From Escherichia coli (GTDB lineage Bacteria; Pseudomonadota; Gammaproteobacteria; Enterobacterales; Enterobacteriaceae), in the NCBI RefSeq assembly GCF_044647545.1, contig NZ_CP172818.1: DNA of 64,000 nucleotides; one strand, 5' to 3'. Shown piece by piece: positions 14,802 to 26,393 of the stretch (positions within the stretch are counted from its first letter, which is position 1; every line of letters begins with the position of its first letter). Under the pieces are notes generated by a model. That model saw only the letters and a list, made by a program, of their open reading frames with translations, did not search any database and was not told the origin of the DNA. A program made the position numbers and the translations under genes.

Positions 14802-14957
14802 AGTAAAACCTGGCATGTATTGATTAATAGTTGGCCGAAGCCGTTCTAGGTTTGCGTTGCGTTTGAGGAGGTAAATTGACCGCTATCCTGTAGTGATGTT
14901 GCCAGAGTTACGCGCGCGTAAAGTAAGGTAAATAACTGAGTGGTTATTTTAGGGATG

Positions 14958-14985
14958 TAAGCGGTCAGTTTTGCGGTTGAGCGGC
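14958..14985 (-). promoter_or_regulatory. direct repeats matching the BtsR (YehT) LytTR-type motif upstream of btsT
   Basis: Minus-strand reading gives GCCGCTCA-N12-ACCGCTTA; compared with the published ACC(G/A)CT(C/T)A repeat from memory. Confidence 0.45.
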
Positions 14986-15013
14986 AAAGGCGTCGTTTAA
15001 GTGACGATAAATA

Positions 15014-15029
15014 TGTGATTCATATCACA
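15014..15029. promoter_or_regulatory. CRP binding site TGTGA-N6-TCACA
   Basis: Perfect consensus half-sites tgtgattcatatcaca in the btsT-tsr intergenic region. Confidence 0.6.
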
Positions 15030-15120
15030 TATTTATATTGTGAATAATTTATGTAAATAATGGCTTTTTAAATTCAGAGTGTGAATAAAATTACTCGGCG
15101 TAATCTCCGCGGGATATTCA

Positions 15121-15147
15121 TAAAGTTTTTCCTTTCCAGGCCGAAAA
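15121..15147 (+). promoter_or_regulatory. sigma-28 (FliA) promoter for tsr
   Basis: TAAAGTTT-N11-GCCGAAAA about 30 bp upstream of the tsr ATG, matching the class III flagellar/chemotaxis promoter consensus. Confidence 0.7.
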
Positions 15148-15177
15148 TCTTGCATCGGTCCACAGGAAAGAGAAACC

Positions 15178-16842
15178 ATGTTAAAACGTATCAAAATTGT
15201 GACCAGCTTACTGCTGGTTTTGGCCGTTTTTGGCCTTTTACAACTGACATCAGGCGGTCTGTTCTTTAATGCCTTAAAGAATGACAAAGAAAATTTCACT
15301 GTTTTACAAACCATTCGCCAGCAGCAATCCACGCTGAATGGCAGCTGGGTCGCGTTGTTGCAGACGCGTAACACCCTCAACCGCGCGGGTATCCGCTACA
15401 TGATGGATCAGAATAATATTGGTAGCGGTTCAACCGTTGCTGAGCTGATGCAGAGTGCCAGTATTTCGCTGAAACAGGCGGAAAAAAACTGGGCGGATTA
15501 CGAAGCGTTGCCGCGTGACCCGCGTCAGAGCACCGCCGCAGCGGCAGAGATCAAACGTAATTACGATATTTATCACAATGCGCTGGCGGAGCTGATCCAA
15601 CTGTTAGGTGCAGGCAAAATCAACGAGTTCTTTGATCAGCCGACTCAGGGATATCAGGACGGTTTCGAGAAGCAGTATGTGGCTTACATGGAACAAAACG
15701 ATCGGCTCCATGATATCGCCGTCAGCGATAACAATGCCTCCTACAGCCAGGCGATGTGGATTCTGGTGGGCGTGATGATCGTCGTACTGGCGGTCATCTT
15801 CGCCGTCTGGTTCGGTATTAAAGCCTCGCTGGTAGCGCCAATGAATCGCCTGATTGACAGCATTCGTCATATTGCAGGCGGCGATCTGGTGAAACCGATT
15901 GAGGTGGATGGCTCTAATGAGATGGGGCAACTGGCAGAGAGTTTGCGCCATATGCAGGGAGAGCTGATGCGTACCGTCGGTGATGTGCGCAACGGGGCCA
16001 ATGCCATCTATAGCGGTGCCAGCGAAATCGCTACCGGCAATAACGATCTCTCTTCGCGCACCGAGCAACAGGCTGCTTCGCTGGAAGAGACGGCAGCCAG
16101 CATGGAGCAACTGACCGCAACGGTGAAACAGAACGCCGAGAATGCGCGCCAGGCCAGCCACCTGGCGTTAAGTGCTTCTGAAACGGCGCAACGCGGCGGC
16201 AAAGTGGTAGATAACGTGGTGCAGACTATGCGTGATATCTCCACCAGTTCGCAGAAAATCGCCGATATTATCAGCGTAATTGACGGCATTGCCTTCCAGA
16301 CCAATATTCTGGCTTTGAACGCGGCGGTTGAAGCAGCGCGTGCGGGTGAGCAAGGACGTGGTTTTGCGGTGGTTGCGGGAGAAGTGCGTAATCTGGCCCA
16401 GCGTAGCGCCCAGGCGGCTCGTGAAATTAAAAGCCTGATTGAAGACTCGGTGGGGAAAGTGGATGTTGGCTCTACGCTGGTCGAAAGCGCCGGGGAAACA
16501 ATGGCGGAGATTGTCAGTGCTGTGACCCGCGTGACGGACATTATGGGCGAAATTGCTTCTGCTTCTGATGAGCAGAGCCGTGGTATCGATCAGGTTGGCT
16601 TAGCGGTTGCTGAGATGGACCGGGTAACTCAACAGAACGCCGCGCTGGTGGAAGAATCTGCCGCCGCCGCCGCCGCGCTGGAAGAGCAGGCCAGTCGCCT
16701 GACCGAAGCAGTGGCAGTGTTCCGGATTCAGCAACAGCAGCAACAGCAGCGTGAAACATCGGCTGTGGTAAAAACCGTGATGCCAGCTGCGCCGCGTAAA
16801 ATGGCCGTGGCAGATAGCGGTGAGAACTGGGAAACGTTTTAA
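15178..16842 (+). CDS. tsr: methyl-accepting chemotaxis protein I (serine sensor)
   Basis: 554-aa ORF with HAMP and MCP signalling domain, C-terminal NWETF pentapeptide; carries a 7-Gln tract near the C-terminus. Confidence 0.9.
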   Translation: MLKRIKIVTSLLLVLAVFGLLQLTSGGLFFNALKNDKENFTVLQTIRQQQSTLNGSWVALLQTRNTLNRAGIRYMMDQNNIGSGSTVAELMQSASISLKQAEKNWADYEALPRDPRQSTAAAAEIKRNYDIYHNALAELIQLLGAGKINEFFDQPTQGYQDGFEKQYVAYMEQNDRLHDIAVSDNNASYSQAMWILVGVMIVVLAVIFAVWFGIKASLVAPMNRLIDSIRHIAGGDLVKPIEVDGSNEMGQLAESLRHMQGELMRTVGDVRNGANAIYSGASEIATGNNDLSSRTEQQAASLEETAASMEQLTATVKQNAENARQASHLALSASETAQRGGKVVDNVVQTMRDISTSSQKIADIISVIDGIAFQTNILALNAAVEAARAGEQGRGFAVVAGEVRNLAQRSAQAAREIKSLIEDSVGKVDVGSTLVESAGETMAEIVSAVTRVTDIMGEIASASDEQSRGIDQVGLAVAEMDRVTQQNAALVEESAAAAAALEEQASRLTEAVAVFRIQQQQQQQRETSAVVKTVMPAAPRKMAVADSGENWETF

Positions 16843-16852
16843 TCGCCATAAA

Positions 16853-16884
16853 AATGCCCGATAAGCAAAATGTTATCGGGCATA
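16853..16884. terminator. bidirectional hairpin between convergent tsr and lgoT
   Basis: Inverted repeat gcccgataa ... ttatcgggc. Confidence 0.5.
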
Positions 16885-16890
16885 GGGAGA

Positions 16891-18252
16891 TTAATCTTTC
16901 CGTGGGTCGTTGATCGGCTGACGAACCAGGAAGATGTACGCCAGTGCCCCCGCTGCGGTGACGCAACCGCAGATGATTAGTGCCAGACGGAATGAGTGGG
17001 TGGTATCAACAATAAAACCAGTAATGATCGGCGCAAAAGAGGCGCAGATGAAGCTGGCAAAGTTCTGGATACTGCCCACCGACGCAGTCATGCGAGAAGC
17101 AACTGCGACGTGGATCAAGCCCCAGCAGGATGTTCCGGCAAAGTGAATACAGAACAGTGCCATACCAATCAGCAGAACCGCTGTCATGGATGTTGTCGCT
17201 TGCGGTACGACCAGCGTAAAGGCGGCAGAACAGAACATCCCGGCAATAATGCAGATCTTACGGCTTTTAATCGGAGCCATTCCCCCTTTGACCAGCCAGT
17301 CAGTAACGTAACCGTTGACCAGCATCCCGGCAGCCCCAAACAGGAAAGGGATAGCCGCCATCAACCCTGTGCTTTTTAAATCCAGGTTATAGGCTGTTTG
17401 CAGGTAACCAGGAAGCCAGGCCAGATACAGCCACGCAGTGTAGTTGATGCCACTGAATCCGAGCATCATTCCCCACATTGTGCGGTTACGGAACAAGCTG
17501 CGCCATTCGGCAAAACTGAGCGGATCTCGGCGGGCATTGACGCTACCTGCATTGAGATAAGCTTGTTCAACGGCAGTCAGTTCTACGTGCTCGCGGTTGC
17601 GATAGAGCATATACCAGCCGATGGCGAGAAAAATCCCCAGTACACCAATGGTAATAAACATCCCGCGCCAGCCCATCACCAGCATCATCGCCGCCAGAAT
17701 CGGTGGGCTTACGGCAACGCCAATGGTAGAAGCTGCGTTGAAGAAGCCCATCGGGCGTCCGCGCTCTTTGATGTTGAACCAGTCGTTAATGACTTTTACA
17801 CCGCATGGGTTCATCGGCGCTTCACCAATTCCCATACCGATACGCACCAACACGAACTGCGTAAAGCTGTGCACCATGCCAGACATTGCCTGGAACAGTG
17901 ACCAGAAGAACATCCCCAGTCCCAACATCAGGCGCGGGCCTTTACGATCCAATAGTGGGCCGCAAGGAAGTTGCGCAATCCCGTAAGCGAGTGAAAACAC
18001 GGAGAGCAAAGCGCCGATTTCGGTGGCACTTAATCCCAATTCTTCACGAATCGTTAAATTTGCTACCGACAGCGAACTGCGGTCGAGATAATTGATTACC
18101 GCCGCAAAAAATAATAACAACATGGCGGTGGTTTGAATGCGTTTAATTCGGGTACTGCGTTGAACTAATCCATCTGGTGGCACGGGAATATCTGCCGACG
18201 AAGATGGAGTAAATGAAGAACGCGGATCGAGGGTGATATTTTCTTTTTCCAC
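16891..18252 (-). CDS. lgoT: L-galactonate MFS transporter
   Basis: 453-aa MFS ORF recognised as YjjL/LgoT. Confidence 0.85.
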   Translation of the reverse strand: MEKENITLDPRSSFTPSSSADIPVPPDGLVQRSTRIKRIQTTAMLLLFFAAVINYLDRSSLSVANLTIREELGLSATEIGALLSVFSLAYGIAQLPCGPLLDRKGPRLMLGLGMFFWSLFQAMSGMVHSFTQFVLVRIGMGIGEAPMNPCGVKVINDWFNIKERGRPMGFFNAASTIGVAVSPPILAAMMLVMGWRGMFITIGVLGIFLAIGWYMLYRNREHVELTAVEQAYLNAGSVNARRDPLSFAEWRSLFRNRTMWGMMLGFSGINYTAWLYLAWLPGYLQTAYNLDLKSTGLMAAIPFLFGAAGMLVNGYVTDWLVKGGMAPIKSRKICIIAGMFCSAAFTLVVPQATTSMTAVLLIGMALFCIHFAGTSCWGLIHVAVASRMTASVGSIQNFASFICASFAPIITGFIVDTTHSFRLALIICGCVTAAGALAYIFLVRQPINDPRKD

Positions 18253-18468
18253 GCCGGACTCCTGTATTTATAATTTTAATTGTTTACGTAATTGTGCATT
18301 ACGCAAGGTTGACATTAACGGCAGGTTAAAGTTTTAGGACTTTACTACCGCTCACAAAAAAACATTTTTAGTCGACTGATTGTGAGCATAGGTAAGCGGG
18401 AATTTTCCGGTATTTATCTTTTGATAAAACCGTGCACCCGCTAATAGTTTGCTGTTTTTAATCCGTAC

Positions 18469-19383
18469 TTAATGAGCATAACGCATGTTCTCATTAATGG
18501 ATCGAATCATTGATTGTTTAGCTGAATTCAAATGGTTACGGAGCGCAAGGGTGGCATCAAGGTCACTGCGGCAAATCAGAGCGCTGAGAATGGTCATATG
18601 CTCATCGACGGCAATGATATTGCGCTGTTTAAGATCGCTTTCGTCCCATTGATAGTGAAAATGAAAGATGACTGATATGATCTCAAGCGATTGTTCAAAA
18701 AAGATATTGTCGGCAGCTGAAAGCAGTAAGGAGTGAAAATCTCTGTCAAGTTGCGAGAACATGCGAAAGCTATTGCCGATGTTGTCACGCAGTAGCCTGT
18801 GACGTTCGAGCATGGTTTTCGCCTGCAGCCAGCGGGGATCATGATCAGGCAGGTTGAGAAAGTGCTGAAGTGAATGTGTTTCGAGCATTTCGCGTAGCTC
18901 AAACAGCTGCTCGGCGTAGGATTGATCGAATTGCTTCATGCTCCACTGGCCGCGCTTTTCGCTTTGAATAAGATTATAACGGCCGAATTTTAAAAGATAT
19001 TCTCTTACAACCACCGGGCTGACACCCGCGGCCCGAGCCAGTTGCAGTTCAGAAAAAGTTTCCCCTGGGCGTAACTGGCGCTGGTTTATCATCGTGAAAA
19101 AAGCCTGCTCAAACACTTTGTTTTGTTCACTCATTGAAGCGGTAGTACAGGCGAAACCGTCATCATGGTCAGGTTTACGCGCAATAACATAGTCGTTTCC
19201 AACCTGCGTTAAGACGCCGCATTCGCGTAAGTGGCTGAGAATATGACGCACTGTAGTGCGGCTGATGTTGTACATTTCCGCCAGCGCACTTTGCGATGGA
19301 AGTGGGGAAGGGATATGACCCCGCGCCATATCATCAATGACCTGGTTAATCACATTGTGGCGTAAATTTTGTGAACGACTCAT
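18469..19383 (-). CDS. lgoR: GntR-family regulator of L-galactonate catabolism
   Basis: 304-aa ORF with N-terminal wHTH; recognised as YjjM/LgoR. Confidence 0.85.
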   Translation of the reverse strand: MSRSQNLRHNVINQVIDDMARGHIPSPLPSQSALAEMYNISRTTVRHILSHLRECGVLTQVGNDYVIARKPDHDDGFACTTASMSEQNKVFEQAFFTMINQRQLRPGETFSELQLARAAGVSPVVVREYLLKFGRYNLIQSEKRGQWSMKQFDQSYAEQLFELREMLETHSLQHFLNLPDHDPRWLQAKTMLERHRLLRDNIGNSFRMFSQLDRDFHSLLLSAADNIFFEQSLEIISVIFHFHYQWDESDLKQRNIIAVDEHMTILSALICRSDLDATLALRNHLNSAKQSMIRSINENMRYAH

Positions 19384-19521
19384 ATTTTCCTCCTTGTGAG
19401 TCCATTAAAACCCGATTTAAAACATTTTTATGCGCGTGTTTTCACAAAACAGATTTTCCGTTCCGCTGCCATTTTTCATTTTCATTGATATCTAAGGCAA
19501 CAAAAAATGGAGAGCCGAATC

Positions 19522-20544
19522 ATGTCTACGATGAATGTTTTAATTTGCCAGCAGCCGAAAGAATTAGTCTGGAAACAACGCGAGATTCCTATTCCGGGTG
19601 ACAATGAAGCATTAATAAAAATTAAGTCTGTCGGGATTTGCGGTACCGATATTCATGCCTGGGGTGGAAATCAACCATTTTTTAATTATCCACGGGTTTT
19701 AGGCCATGAAATATGTGGGGAGGTTGTTGGGCTGGGTAAAAATATTGCTGATCTTAAAAATGGTCAGCAAGTTGCTGTGATCCCTTATGTTGCCTGTCAG
19801 CAATGCCCGGCGTGTAAAAGCGGGCGTACCAATTGCTGTGAAAAAATTTCAGTCATTGGCGTGCATCAGGATGGCGGTTTTAGTGAGTATTTGAGCGTGC
19901 CGGTGGCGAACATTTTGCCCGCAGACGGTATTGACCCGCAGGCGGCCGCATTGATTGAACCTTTCGCTATTAGCGCTCATGCGGTGCGTCGCGCAGCCAT
20001 TGCTCCCGGCGAGCAGGTGCTGGTGGTCGGAGCGGGGCCAATCGGTCTGGGCGCGGCGGCAATCGCTAAAGCCGATGGCGCACAGGTGGTGGTGGCGGAT
20101 ACCAGTCCGGCGCGCCGTGAACATGTGGCAACGCGTCTGGAGTTGCCCGTGCTGGACCCGTCAGCCGAAGATTTTGACGCGCAGCTGCGGGCGCAGTTTG
20201 GTGGTTCGCTGGCGCAGAAAGTGATCGACGCGACAGGTAATCAACATGCGATGAATAACACCGTGAATCTGATTCGTCACGGCGGCACGGTGGTATTTGT
20301 CGGCCTGTTTAAAGGTGAGTTGCAGTTCTCCGATCCGGAATTCCATAAAAAAGAAACGACGATGATGGGCAGCCGCAACGCCACGCCGGAAGATTTCGCT
20401 AAAGTCGGTCGACTTATGGCGGAAGGGAAAATCACTGCCGACATGATGTTAACCCATCGCTATCCGTTCGCCACGCTGGCAGAAACCTACGAGCGCGATG
20501 TGATTAACAATCGTGAGTTAATTAAAGGCGTAATTACTTTCTGA
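19522..20544 (+). CDS. lgoD: L-galactonate 5-dehydrogenase (Zn-dependent MDR family)
   Basis: 340 aa from MSTMNVLICQ; GHE..G Zn-ADH motif and GxGxxG Rossmann motif. Confidence 0.85.
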   Translation: MSTMNVLICQQPKELVWKQREIPIPGDNEALIKIKSVGICGTDIHAWGGNQPFFNYPRVLGHEICGEVVGLGKNIADLKNGQQVAVIPYVACQQCPACKSGRTNCCEKISVIGVHQDGGFSEYLSVPVANILPADGIDPQAAALIEPFAISAHAVRRAAIAPGEQVLVVGAGPIGLGAAAIAKADGAQVVVADTSPARREHVATRLELPVLDPSAEDFDAQLRAQFGGSLAQKVIDATGNQHAMNNTVNLIRHGGTVVFVGLFKGELQFSDPEFHKKETTMMGSRNATPEDFAKVGRLMAEGKITADMMLTHRYPFATLAETYERDVINNRELIKGVITF

Positions 20545-20645
20545 TAAGGCGAGATTATTAAAGTTGCCATGCAGCGTCCGGGGAAGTGTTGGGCGCTGTT
20601 TTTTTTCTGTTTCTCAATGATGTTTTGTAGGCCGGAGAAGGTGTG

Positions 20646-20670
20646 TAGGTCGCACCTTATGCGACCTACA
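20646..20670. repeat. perfect 10-bp-stem hairpin (REP-like inverted repeat) between convergent lgoD and opgB
   Basis: gtaggtcgca-cctta-tgcgacctac seen directly. Confidence 0.5.
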
Positions 20671-20683
20671 CATCAGTCAGGAA

Positions 20684-22975
20684 TTACCCTTCACGTTCCA
20701 CAACTTTAATTTCCACCATGCCGATCCCGAGCTTACGCGGCGAGTGTCCGAGGATATTCCCTTCGTTGGTTGAGACAGGTTCCGGCGGCACAATTACCAG
20801 TGTGTCGGCATCGGTTGGGTTATCGAAATGCAGTGTGGTGGTGGTCACTTCATTGCCCAGCACAAGAGTTTGTTCTTCATTGCCTACGCGTACCGGAATA
20901 GGACGGCTGGCGTTATTGCCGTATGCTTTGGCGGTAATCACCAGGTCAAATTTCTTCGGCAGCGGATGCTTGTACTCGATTTTTACTTCATCGCCCAGCT
21001 GCGCGTTGGACCAGCGGCCCCACGACTCCGGACGGGAAATCCCGCTAAACTGTTTCACCTCTTCTGGCGCACCGGCGACGTTAAAGATGAAACTGTCGGC
21101 TTTGTAGCGAATATCGTTATCAACAATCTTCAGCGTATCGACATTGCCTTTGTAACGCGCCATGTCGATGACCGTATCTTTAAATGCCGTCTTGCTCTTC
21201 CATGTTGTTTTGTCAACATGCTGGACAATTTGCTGACCGCCAAGCTGCCCCTGCGAGACACACCAGTCGGTGGAAAGTGCCAGTTCCGGAGCCCAGAGTT
21301 GTGCCATCTTATAGCAACGGTCAACCCAGACGAAATTGTCGCGTGGAGCGAAATCGGCCAGCTGGAAACGCAGCGGTGCTGAGTATTCGCTTTCCGGCAG
21401 CGGTTCCACGCGTTTGTCTGAAACCCGCAACAGCAGCGGCAAACGGAAATGGCTACCCGAGAAGGCAATCATGTTTTTCTGCTGGTCGATGGTGAACTCT
21501 TTCATCTCTTTAGGGAATTTCCACAGGCGGATGATATCTGGCTTCCACGCCAATGTTTTCTCTTTGATATTGAGGAAGATTTCCGACATCGACTGCCCGG
21601 ATAAACTGCTACGACCAAGTCCGAGATAGTTATCGCCACCGAGAATGTCCAGCACCGTCGCGCCGTTATCCATCGTGTTACGCTTCACTGCCAGCGTCTC
21701 TTGCTGCGGCTTGTCGCCACGAATGACAAAAAACAGGTTATTGCGATCCTGCTTATTGAGGTATTTCCACGCCGTGTTGTTCATCGCTAAATGGTCAGAA
21801 GAGACGACGATGACAGTATCTTTAAACCACGGTGACGCTTTGATTTTGTTGATAAACGTCGCGATATTCTCCTGGCTGCAACTTACCGCGCTGAATGACT
21901 GATTCGGTTTACCGTCAAAATCATATTTTTTGCGGTTACAGGTACGAGAAATAAAACCATCCGGGTGATGGGTATCGACTGTCAGGGTAAACAGTGAGAA
22001 TCGCTGACCTGAGCGGGAAAGCTCTTCAAACTTTTTCCACGCTTCATCGAGAACGGTATCGTCGTAGAATCCCCAGTCGTTGCGATAGTGCGGGTCGGCT
22101 ACCACGCTTTTCAGCTCTTCTGAGCCGTATAAGTGGTCGAAGCCGTGCGATTTCAGGAACACATCTTTACCGGCAAAACGCAGATTTGCGCCCTGCACGA
22201 AATAGTTCTGATAACCCGAGTTTTTCAGGATATCGCCCAGACAGATGTTCTGCGGGAAGAAGCTGGAGACAGAGGCGGAGGCGTTGCCTTCAAAGGGGGC
22301 AAACAGCGGTATGCCGCACTGAGAAGCCACCATGCCCGCAATCGTGTAATCCGTTCCTGGCAGCTGCTGCGTGTGGCTGAAATCCAGGCCTTCATTTTTC
22401 AACGCGCCCAGTTCAGGCGTGAGATCCGGGAAAGCCTCGTTATCAAAATAGGTTCGCTCGAGACTTTCGCCATAGATATAAACCAGGTTGAGTTTCGGGT
22501 CAGGGATAGTTTTCGACGGCTCTTTATAATAAGCCGCAAAGTCCGGGTCGCCATCGCGTGACTGGGATTTCACCAGTTCCGTTATCTGACGAAATGCCGG
22601 GCTGGCGTCCACCGAACCCAGCGCCAGTAAGAGCGCCAGCAGGCTGTAACCAAAATGGTGCGGATGATGGCGACGACGGCGCAGGATCCAGCCCAGCGCA
22701 CCGAACACCGCTGTCAGCCCCAGCACAATGCCGATACCCGGCAGGATGTATTTGCTGACGCCAGCACCGGTCAGGCTGTTGGTTAAGGTATAGAGAACCG
22801 CGTCGTTAATACCATCGCCAGTAAAATAGTCGCTGGCAAACAGGGTGATATTTAAAACGACAAATAGCCCCAGCACTGTTAATGTGGCTGCAAACCACCA
22901 GGTGTTACGTCCCGCTTTCCATGCGTAAATCAGCACAGAGGCGAGAAAAAGGGCGAAAGAGAGTAGTTCTGACAA
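20684..22975 (-). CDS. opgB: phosphoglycerol transferase I (OPG biosynthesis)
   Basis: 763-aa ORF with N-terminal TM segments and sulfatase-like domain; recognised as MdoB/OpgB. Confidence 0.9.
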   Translation of the reverse strand: MSELLSFALFLASVLIYAWKAGRNTWWFAATLTVLGLFVVLNITLFASDYFTGDGINDAVLYTLTNSLTGAGVSKYILPGIGIVLGLTAVFGALGWILRRRRHHPHHFGYSLLALLLALGSVDASPAFRQITELVKSQSRDGDPDFAAYYKEPSKTIPDPKLNLVYIYGESLERTYFDNEAFPDLTPELGALKNEGLDFSHTQQLPGTDYTIAGMVASQCGIPLFAPFEGNASASVSSFFPQNICLGDILKNSGYQNYFVQGANLRFAGKDVFLKSHGFDHLYGSEELKSVVADPHYRNDWGFYDDTVLDEAWKKFEELSRSGQRFSLFTLTVDTHHPDGFISRTCNRKKYDFDGKPNQSFSAVSCSQENIATFINKIKASPWFKDTVIVVSSDHLAMNNTAWKYLNKQDRNNLFFVIRGDKPQQETLAVKRNTMDNGATVLDILGGDNYLGLGRSSLSGQSMSEIFLNIKEKTLAWKPDIIRLWKFPKEMKEFTIDQQKNMIAFSGSHFRLPLLLRVSDKRVEPLPESEYSAPLRFQLADFAPRDNFVWVDRCYKMAQLWAPELALSTDWCVSQGQLGGQQIVQHVDKTTWKSKTAFKDTVIDMARYKGNVDTLKIVDNDIRYKADSFIFNVAGAPEEVKQFSGISRPESWGRWSNAQLGDEVKIEYKHPLPKKFDLVITAKAYGNNASRPIPVRVGNEEQTLVLGNEVTTTTLHFDNPTDADTLVIVPPEPVSTNEGNILGHSPRKLGIGMVEIKVVEREG

Positions 22976-23228
22976 CGGGCGATCCTCACTAAACCGGGCC
23001 GTTTAGCCAACGTTTAAGCTTTTTGAGAAGCACAATGTAATGGCGTCGCCATATTGCTGCAATTCTAGTGTCAAAAAAATGCGATGTTGTTAGGAATTAG
23101 TTTATAAACAGACTTTTTTGATCGCGGTCGCTTCCCGTGTAACAGGGGGAAAACCGTCCAGGAGCAGGGAAAAGGGCAGGAGAGAGCCGCGTCAGCCGGG
23201 TAACAGCTAAAACGCGGCGTTTCGCGGT

Positions 23229-23726
23229 TCAGGAAATGAAGTTCAGCCCCTGCTTTAACACCAGATCGCAGGCTTTGGTTTTCACCTTTTCTGCCAGCGG
23301 AGTCGTTCCGATGTTATCCAGATTGAGTTGCTGACCATCTTTGGTTTTCAGCAAACCCTGAATGCCATCCAGATAGTTGGTGTCTTCTTTTTGCTCTTCA
23401 CTGTTCAGGCCCAGCTTTTCCAGCACCTGGTTCTTGATGTTTTCGGCATCGGTTACCGAAGCCAGCTTTTGCTTCGCGCAGTATTGCAGAATGCCTGCGG
23501 CGTTGTTCATGTTATCTGCGCTTAAGCCCTGGTTCCCGCTGCTAAGCAAGTTAGTTAATGACGCGAGCGACCAACCGCCTTCCTGTGTCGTGCTGTTTTG
23601 GTTGCCAAGTTCGCTGGCGGCGCTGGAGAGCGCATCTTTCCAGGACGCAGCATGCACCCCGGTGGAAATTAATGCGCTGGCGGCAATGGCACAGCACAGA
23701 AGATGTTTAACAGTTTTCATCATCAT
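23229..23726 (-). CDS. yjjA: secreted protein YjjA (DUF2501)
   Basis: 165-aa ORF with signal peptide. Confidence 0.8.
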   Translation of the reverse strand: MMMKTVKHLLCCAIAASALISTGVHAASWKDALSSAASELGNQNSTTQEGGWSLASLTNLLSSGNQGLSADNMNNAAGILQYCAKQKLASVTDAENIKNQVLEKLGLNSEEQKEDTNYLDGIQGLLKTKDGQQLNLDNIGTTPLAEKVKTKACDLVLKQGLNFIS

Positions 23727-23771
23727 TACTCAAGGTGGAATTGTGTAGCAGTATACCGCCAGAAACGGGGA

Positions 23772-24509
23772 TTAATACTCTTTACCTGTTACACGGCTAC
23801 GGTAGCTATCCCAGTTGAAGATCACCCACAAACTGTTACCCAGGCGCATACGGTCCATCACGCGTTCGCCCAGCAACTTGGTCATCTCTTCCATATTACT
23901 GTTGGTCAGCATCCCGGTTGGGCGTTTGGAAGAAGAGCGGCGATCGACGATCTGGTTGATGATCACTTTTTCGTATTTCGATTCGGTCTGCACGCCGATC
24001 TCATCGATCACCAGCAGATCAACGTTGCTCAGATCGTTAAGCAGTTGTTCTTCGCTGGTACCGCTATTCCTGAAGGTATCTTTCATCGCCGACATAATAT
24101 CGGCCACGGTGATGATCAATACGGATTTACCGCGTAGCAGCAGCTCGTTGCAGATTGCCGCCGCCAGATGGTTTTTGCCGGTTCCTGGCTTACCAGAAAA
24201 GATGAAGCTGGCGATGTTGCCGTCAAACTCTTCGACATACTGGCGCGCTTTGCTTAACGCATTCATCTGCCCTTCACACTCAACGCGATAGTTCTCAAAG
24301 GAGCAGTTCTGATGCAGTGGACGAATACCGGAGCGGTTAAAGGTGCGCTGCATTTTCATCGCCCGATTTTCACGTTCGAGAGCGGCGGAGCGGATCGCTC
24401 CTTGTTCTTTTTGCCAGGCCAGTAGTTCTTCACCCGTTTTGAATGCGGGTTTGATATGGGCAGGCATCATCTTTTGCAGGCGTTGCATCAGGTCGCCAAC
24501 GTTTTTCAT
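23772..24509 (-). CDS. dnaC: DNA replication helicase loader DnaC
   Basis: 245-aa ORF with Walker A GKPGTGKNHLAAAI; recognised as DnaC. Confidence 0.9.
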   Translation of the reverse strand: MKNVGDLMQRLQKMMPAHIKPAFKTGEELLAWQKEQGAIRSAALERENRAMKMQRTFNRSGIRPLHQNCSFENYRVECEGQMNALSKARQYVEEFDGNIASFIFSGKPGTGKNHLAAAICNELLLRGKSVLIITVADIMSAMKDTFRNSGTSEEQLLNDLSNVDLLVIDEIGVQTESKYEKVIINQIVDRRSSSKRPTGMLTNSNMEEMTKLLGERVMDRMRLGNSLWVIFNWDSYRSRVTGKEY

Positions 24510-24511
24510 CG

Positions 24512-25051
24512 TTACCCTCTGAATCCTGGTGGAATTTGGCTGTCAGGTTCACTGACCGTATTCACATCTCGTTTCGGCAGTCCGCCGTTGCTGGCACGAC
24601 CGATTTGCAGGCTGCGCGCCAGTTTTTGTTGCCACTGTACATGGTGAAAGACTTTACCTTCCGCCTGCCAGTAGGCAATGAATGAGGCCAGTTCTTCGGT
24701 GGTCACCGGCTCTCTTAGTGCCACGCCCCATAGCGCCGCCAGGCGGATAAAGTCGGCATCGGGTTGCCAGTCCGGATACATGGCGAATTTCCCCATGGGT
24801 ACAGCAACGGGAGCGGCTTGCGGTTCCTGATAGAGTTGATCGTCCAGAGCGACATCGCTTCCCGGACGCGCCAGCTTTTCTTCCAGCGCCAGCAGTTCAG
24901 CCAGGCGTGCAGGCGTGACGGCATAAAACGCCGGGGCATTGTTAGCAAATACGGCAACCACACCGCCTTCAGCTTTTGCCAGAACGGTTTGGTGATCCTG
25001 TACCAGGGCGTCAATACCAACGACGTCCGGGGTCAAAACTCTGGAAGACAT
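24512..25051 (-). CDS. dnaT: primosomal protein DnaT
   Basis: 179 aa from [17 protein letters not shown]; 2-bp gap to dnaC. Confidence 0.9.
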   Translation of the reverse strand: MSSRVLTPDVVGIDALVQDHQTVLAKAEGGVVAVFANNAPAFYAVTPARLAELLALEEKLARPGSDVALDDQLYQEPQAAPVAVPMGKFAMYPDWQPDADFIRLAALWGVALREPVTTEELASFIAYWQAEGKVFHHVQWQQKLARSLQIGRASNGGLPKRDVNTVSEPDSQIPPGFRG

Positions 25052-25158
25052 ACTGTTTCTCAAATATGGAACGATGAACGAGAAGGGAGATAACTTTTAT
25101 AGTAACACACGGAGGAGAGGAGGCTGTCTCTCATCCGCGTGCTTTAAGTGAGGCAATT

Positions 25159-25632
25159 TTATACGCGAGGGCGCTTGCGGTACAACCATAATCCAGGAAT
25201 GGAAAGACCGATGGATAACGCACCAACAATTGATGAAGCTGTAAGAAAGTTGGTTAACAGGGTAATCATCAACGGTTCGCTGTAGCCTAGCTGACTGATT
25301 TTTACCGCCGAAATCATTGCAGTATAAGCTGATATGCCAGGAAACATAGGGATAACAGCCGCCACGGTAAACACTTTCGGATGCGCCAGATACCAGCGCG
25401 ACCATTGAATACCAATGGTGCCGACCAGCATAGAAGCCATAAAGGTTGACCACTCAATATTCAGCCCGCTGGTCATTAAGATCATTCGGGAACCATGACC
25501 AATCGCGCCAAGCAGCGCACACCAGCGTAATGCCCGAACGGGAACGTTGAACACCATCGCAAAGCCGACCGCTGGAATGGCGGCGAGGATCATATCCTGC
25601 GCCAATGCAAACAGAAACTCGATCACACCCAT
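25159..25632 (-). CDS. yjjB: succinate exporter subunit YjjB (ThrE-family membrane protein)
   Basis: 157 aa from [20 protein letters not shown]; overlaps the yjjP stop. Confidence 0.8.
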   Translation of the reverse strand: MGVIEFLFALAQDMILAAIPAVGFAMVFNVPVRALRWCALLGAIGHGSRMILMTSGLNIEWSTFMASMLVGTIGIQWSRWYLAHPKVFTVAAVIPMFPGISAYTAMISAVKISQLGYSEPLMITLLTNFLTASSIVGALSIGLSIPGLWLYRKRPRV

Positions 25633-26393
25633 CCGCGTAGCCCCCAAATCGTCAGTGCCATCACCACGCCGACGCAGGTAGCCAGTGTCAGCAGACTGGC
25701 GATCGCCCAGCGTGCCAGTCCGGTATTGATGTGGCCTTTAAACATATCGGCGACGGCATTAATCAACGGAAAGCCCGGCACCAGCAGCAGAACGCTGGCG
25801 GCCATTGCAATGGTGGGTGTATTGCTGAAGGTGGGAAGTTGCAAAAGCAAACCGGAAATAGTGGTGGCGGCGAAAGCGGTGAGGCAAAAGTTGATCTGTG
25901 GATGAAGATGACGTTGTGCCAGTAGCTGGCGGATATACATCGCGGCCGTACTGGCAAAGAAGGTGATGACGGCACCATCCCAGCCACCGTTATTGAGTTT
26001 ACAGAAACAGGCGCAAGAAAGGCCAACCATTAAGGCTACCAGCCATCTTGGGTAACGTAATGGCTGAATTTGGCTAAATCGTTTCTCTACGCCTTTGTAA
26101 TCCAGCAGATGGTGCTCCGCCAGAATCACAATGTGCTGGACTTCAGTCACCACATGCATATTAATGCCGCGATCGTGATTTTTACGTGTCGATGTCAGGC
26201 ATTGCCCATCTTTAATGGTTGTCAGCACTATGGCGTTCGAAGAGATAGAACTTTCGACGCTGTCCATTCCCAGCGCCCGACCCAGTCGTGAGGAAAGCTC
26301 ATCAACCAACGCGCTTTCCGCACCATGTTGCAAAAGAAATAATCCACACTGGATACAAAGCCGTGTTACGGCTCGCTGTTGCTCAGTTTGCAT
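25623..26393 (-). CDS. yjjP: succinate exporter subunit YjjP
   Basis: 256 aa from [15 protein letters not shown]; hydrophobic. Confidence 0.8.
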   Translation of the reverse strand: MQTEQQRAVTRLCIQCGLFLLQHGAESALVDELSSRLGRALGMDSVESSISSNAIVLTTIKDGQCLTSTRKNHDRGINMHVVTEVQHIVILAEHHLLDYKGVEKRFSQIQPLRYPRWLVALMVGLSCACFCKLNNGGWDGAVITFFASTAAMYIRQLLAQRHLHPQINFCLTAFAATTISGLLLQLPTFSNTPTIAMAASVLLLVPGFPLINAVADMFKGHINTGLARWAIASLLTLATCVGVVMALTIWGLRGWV

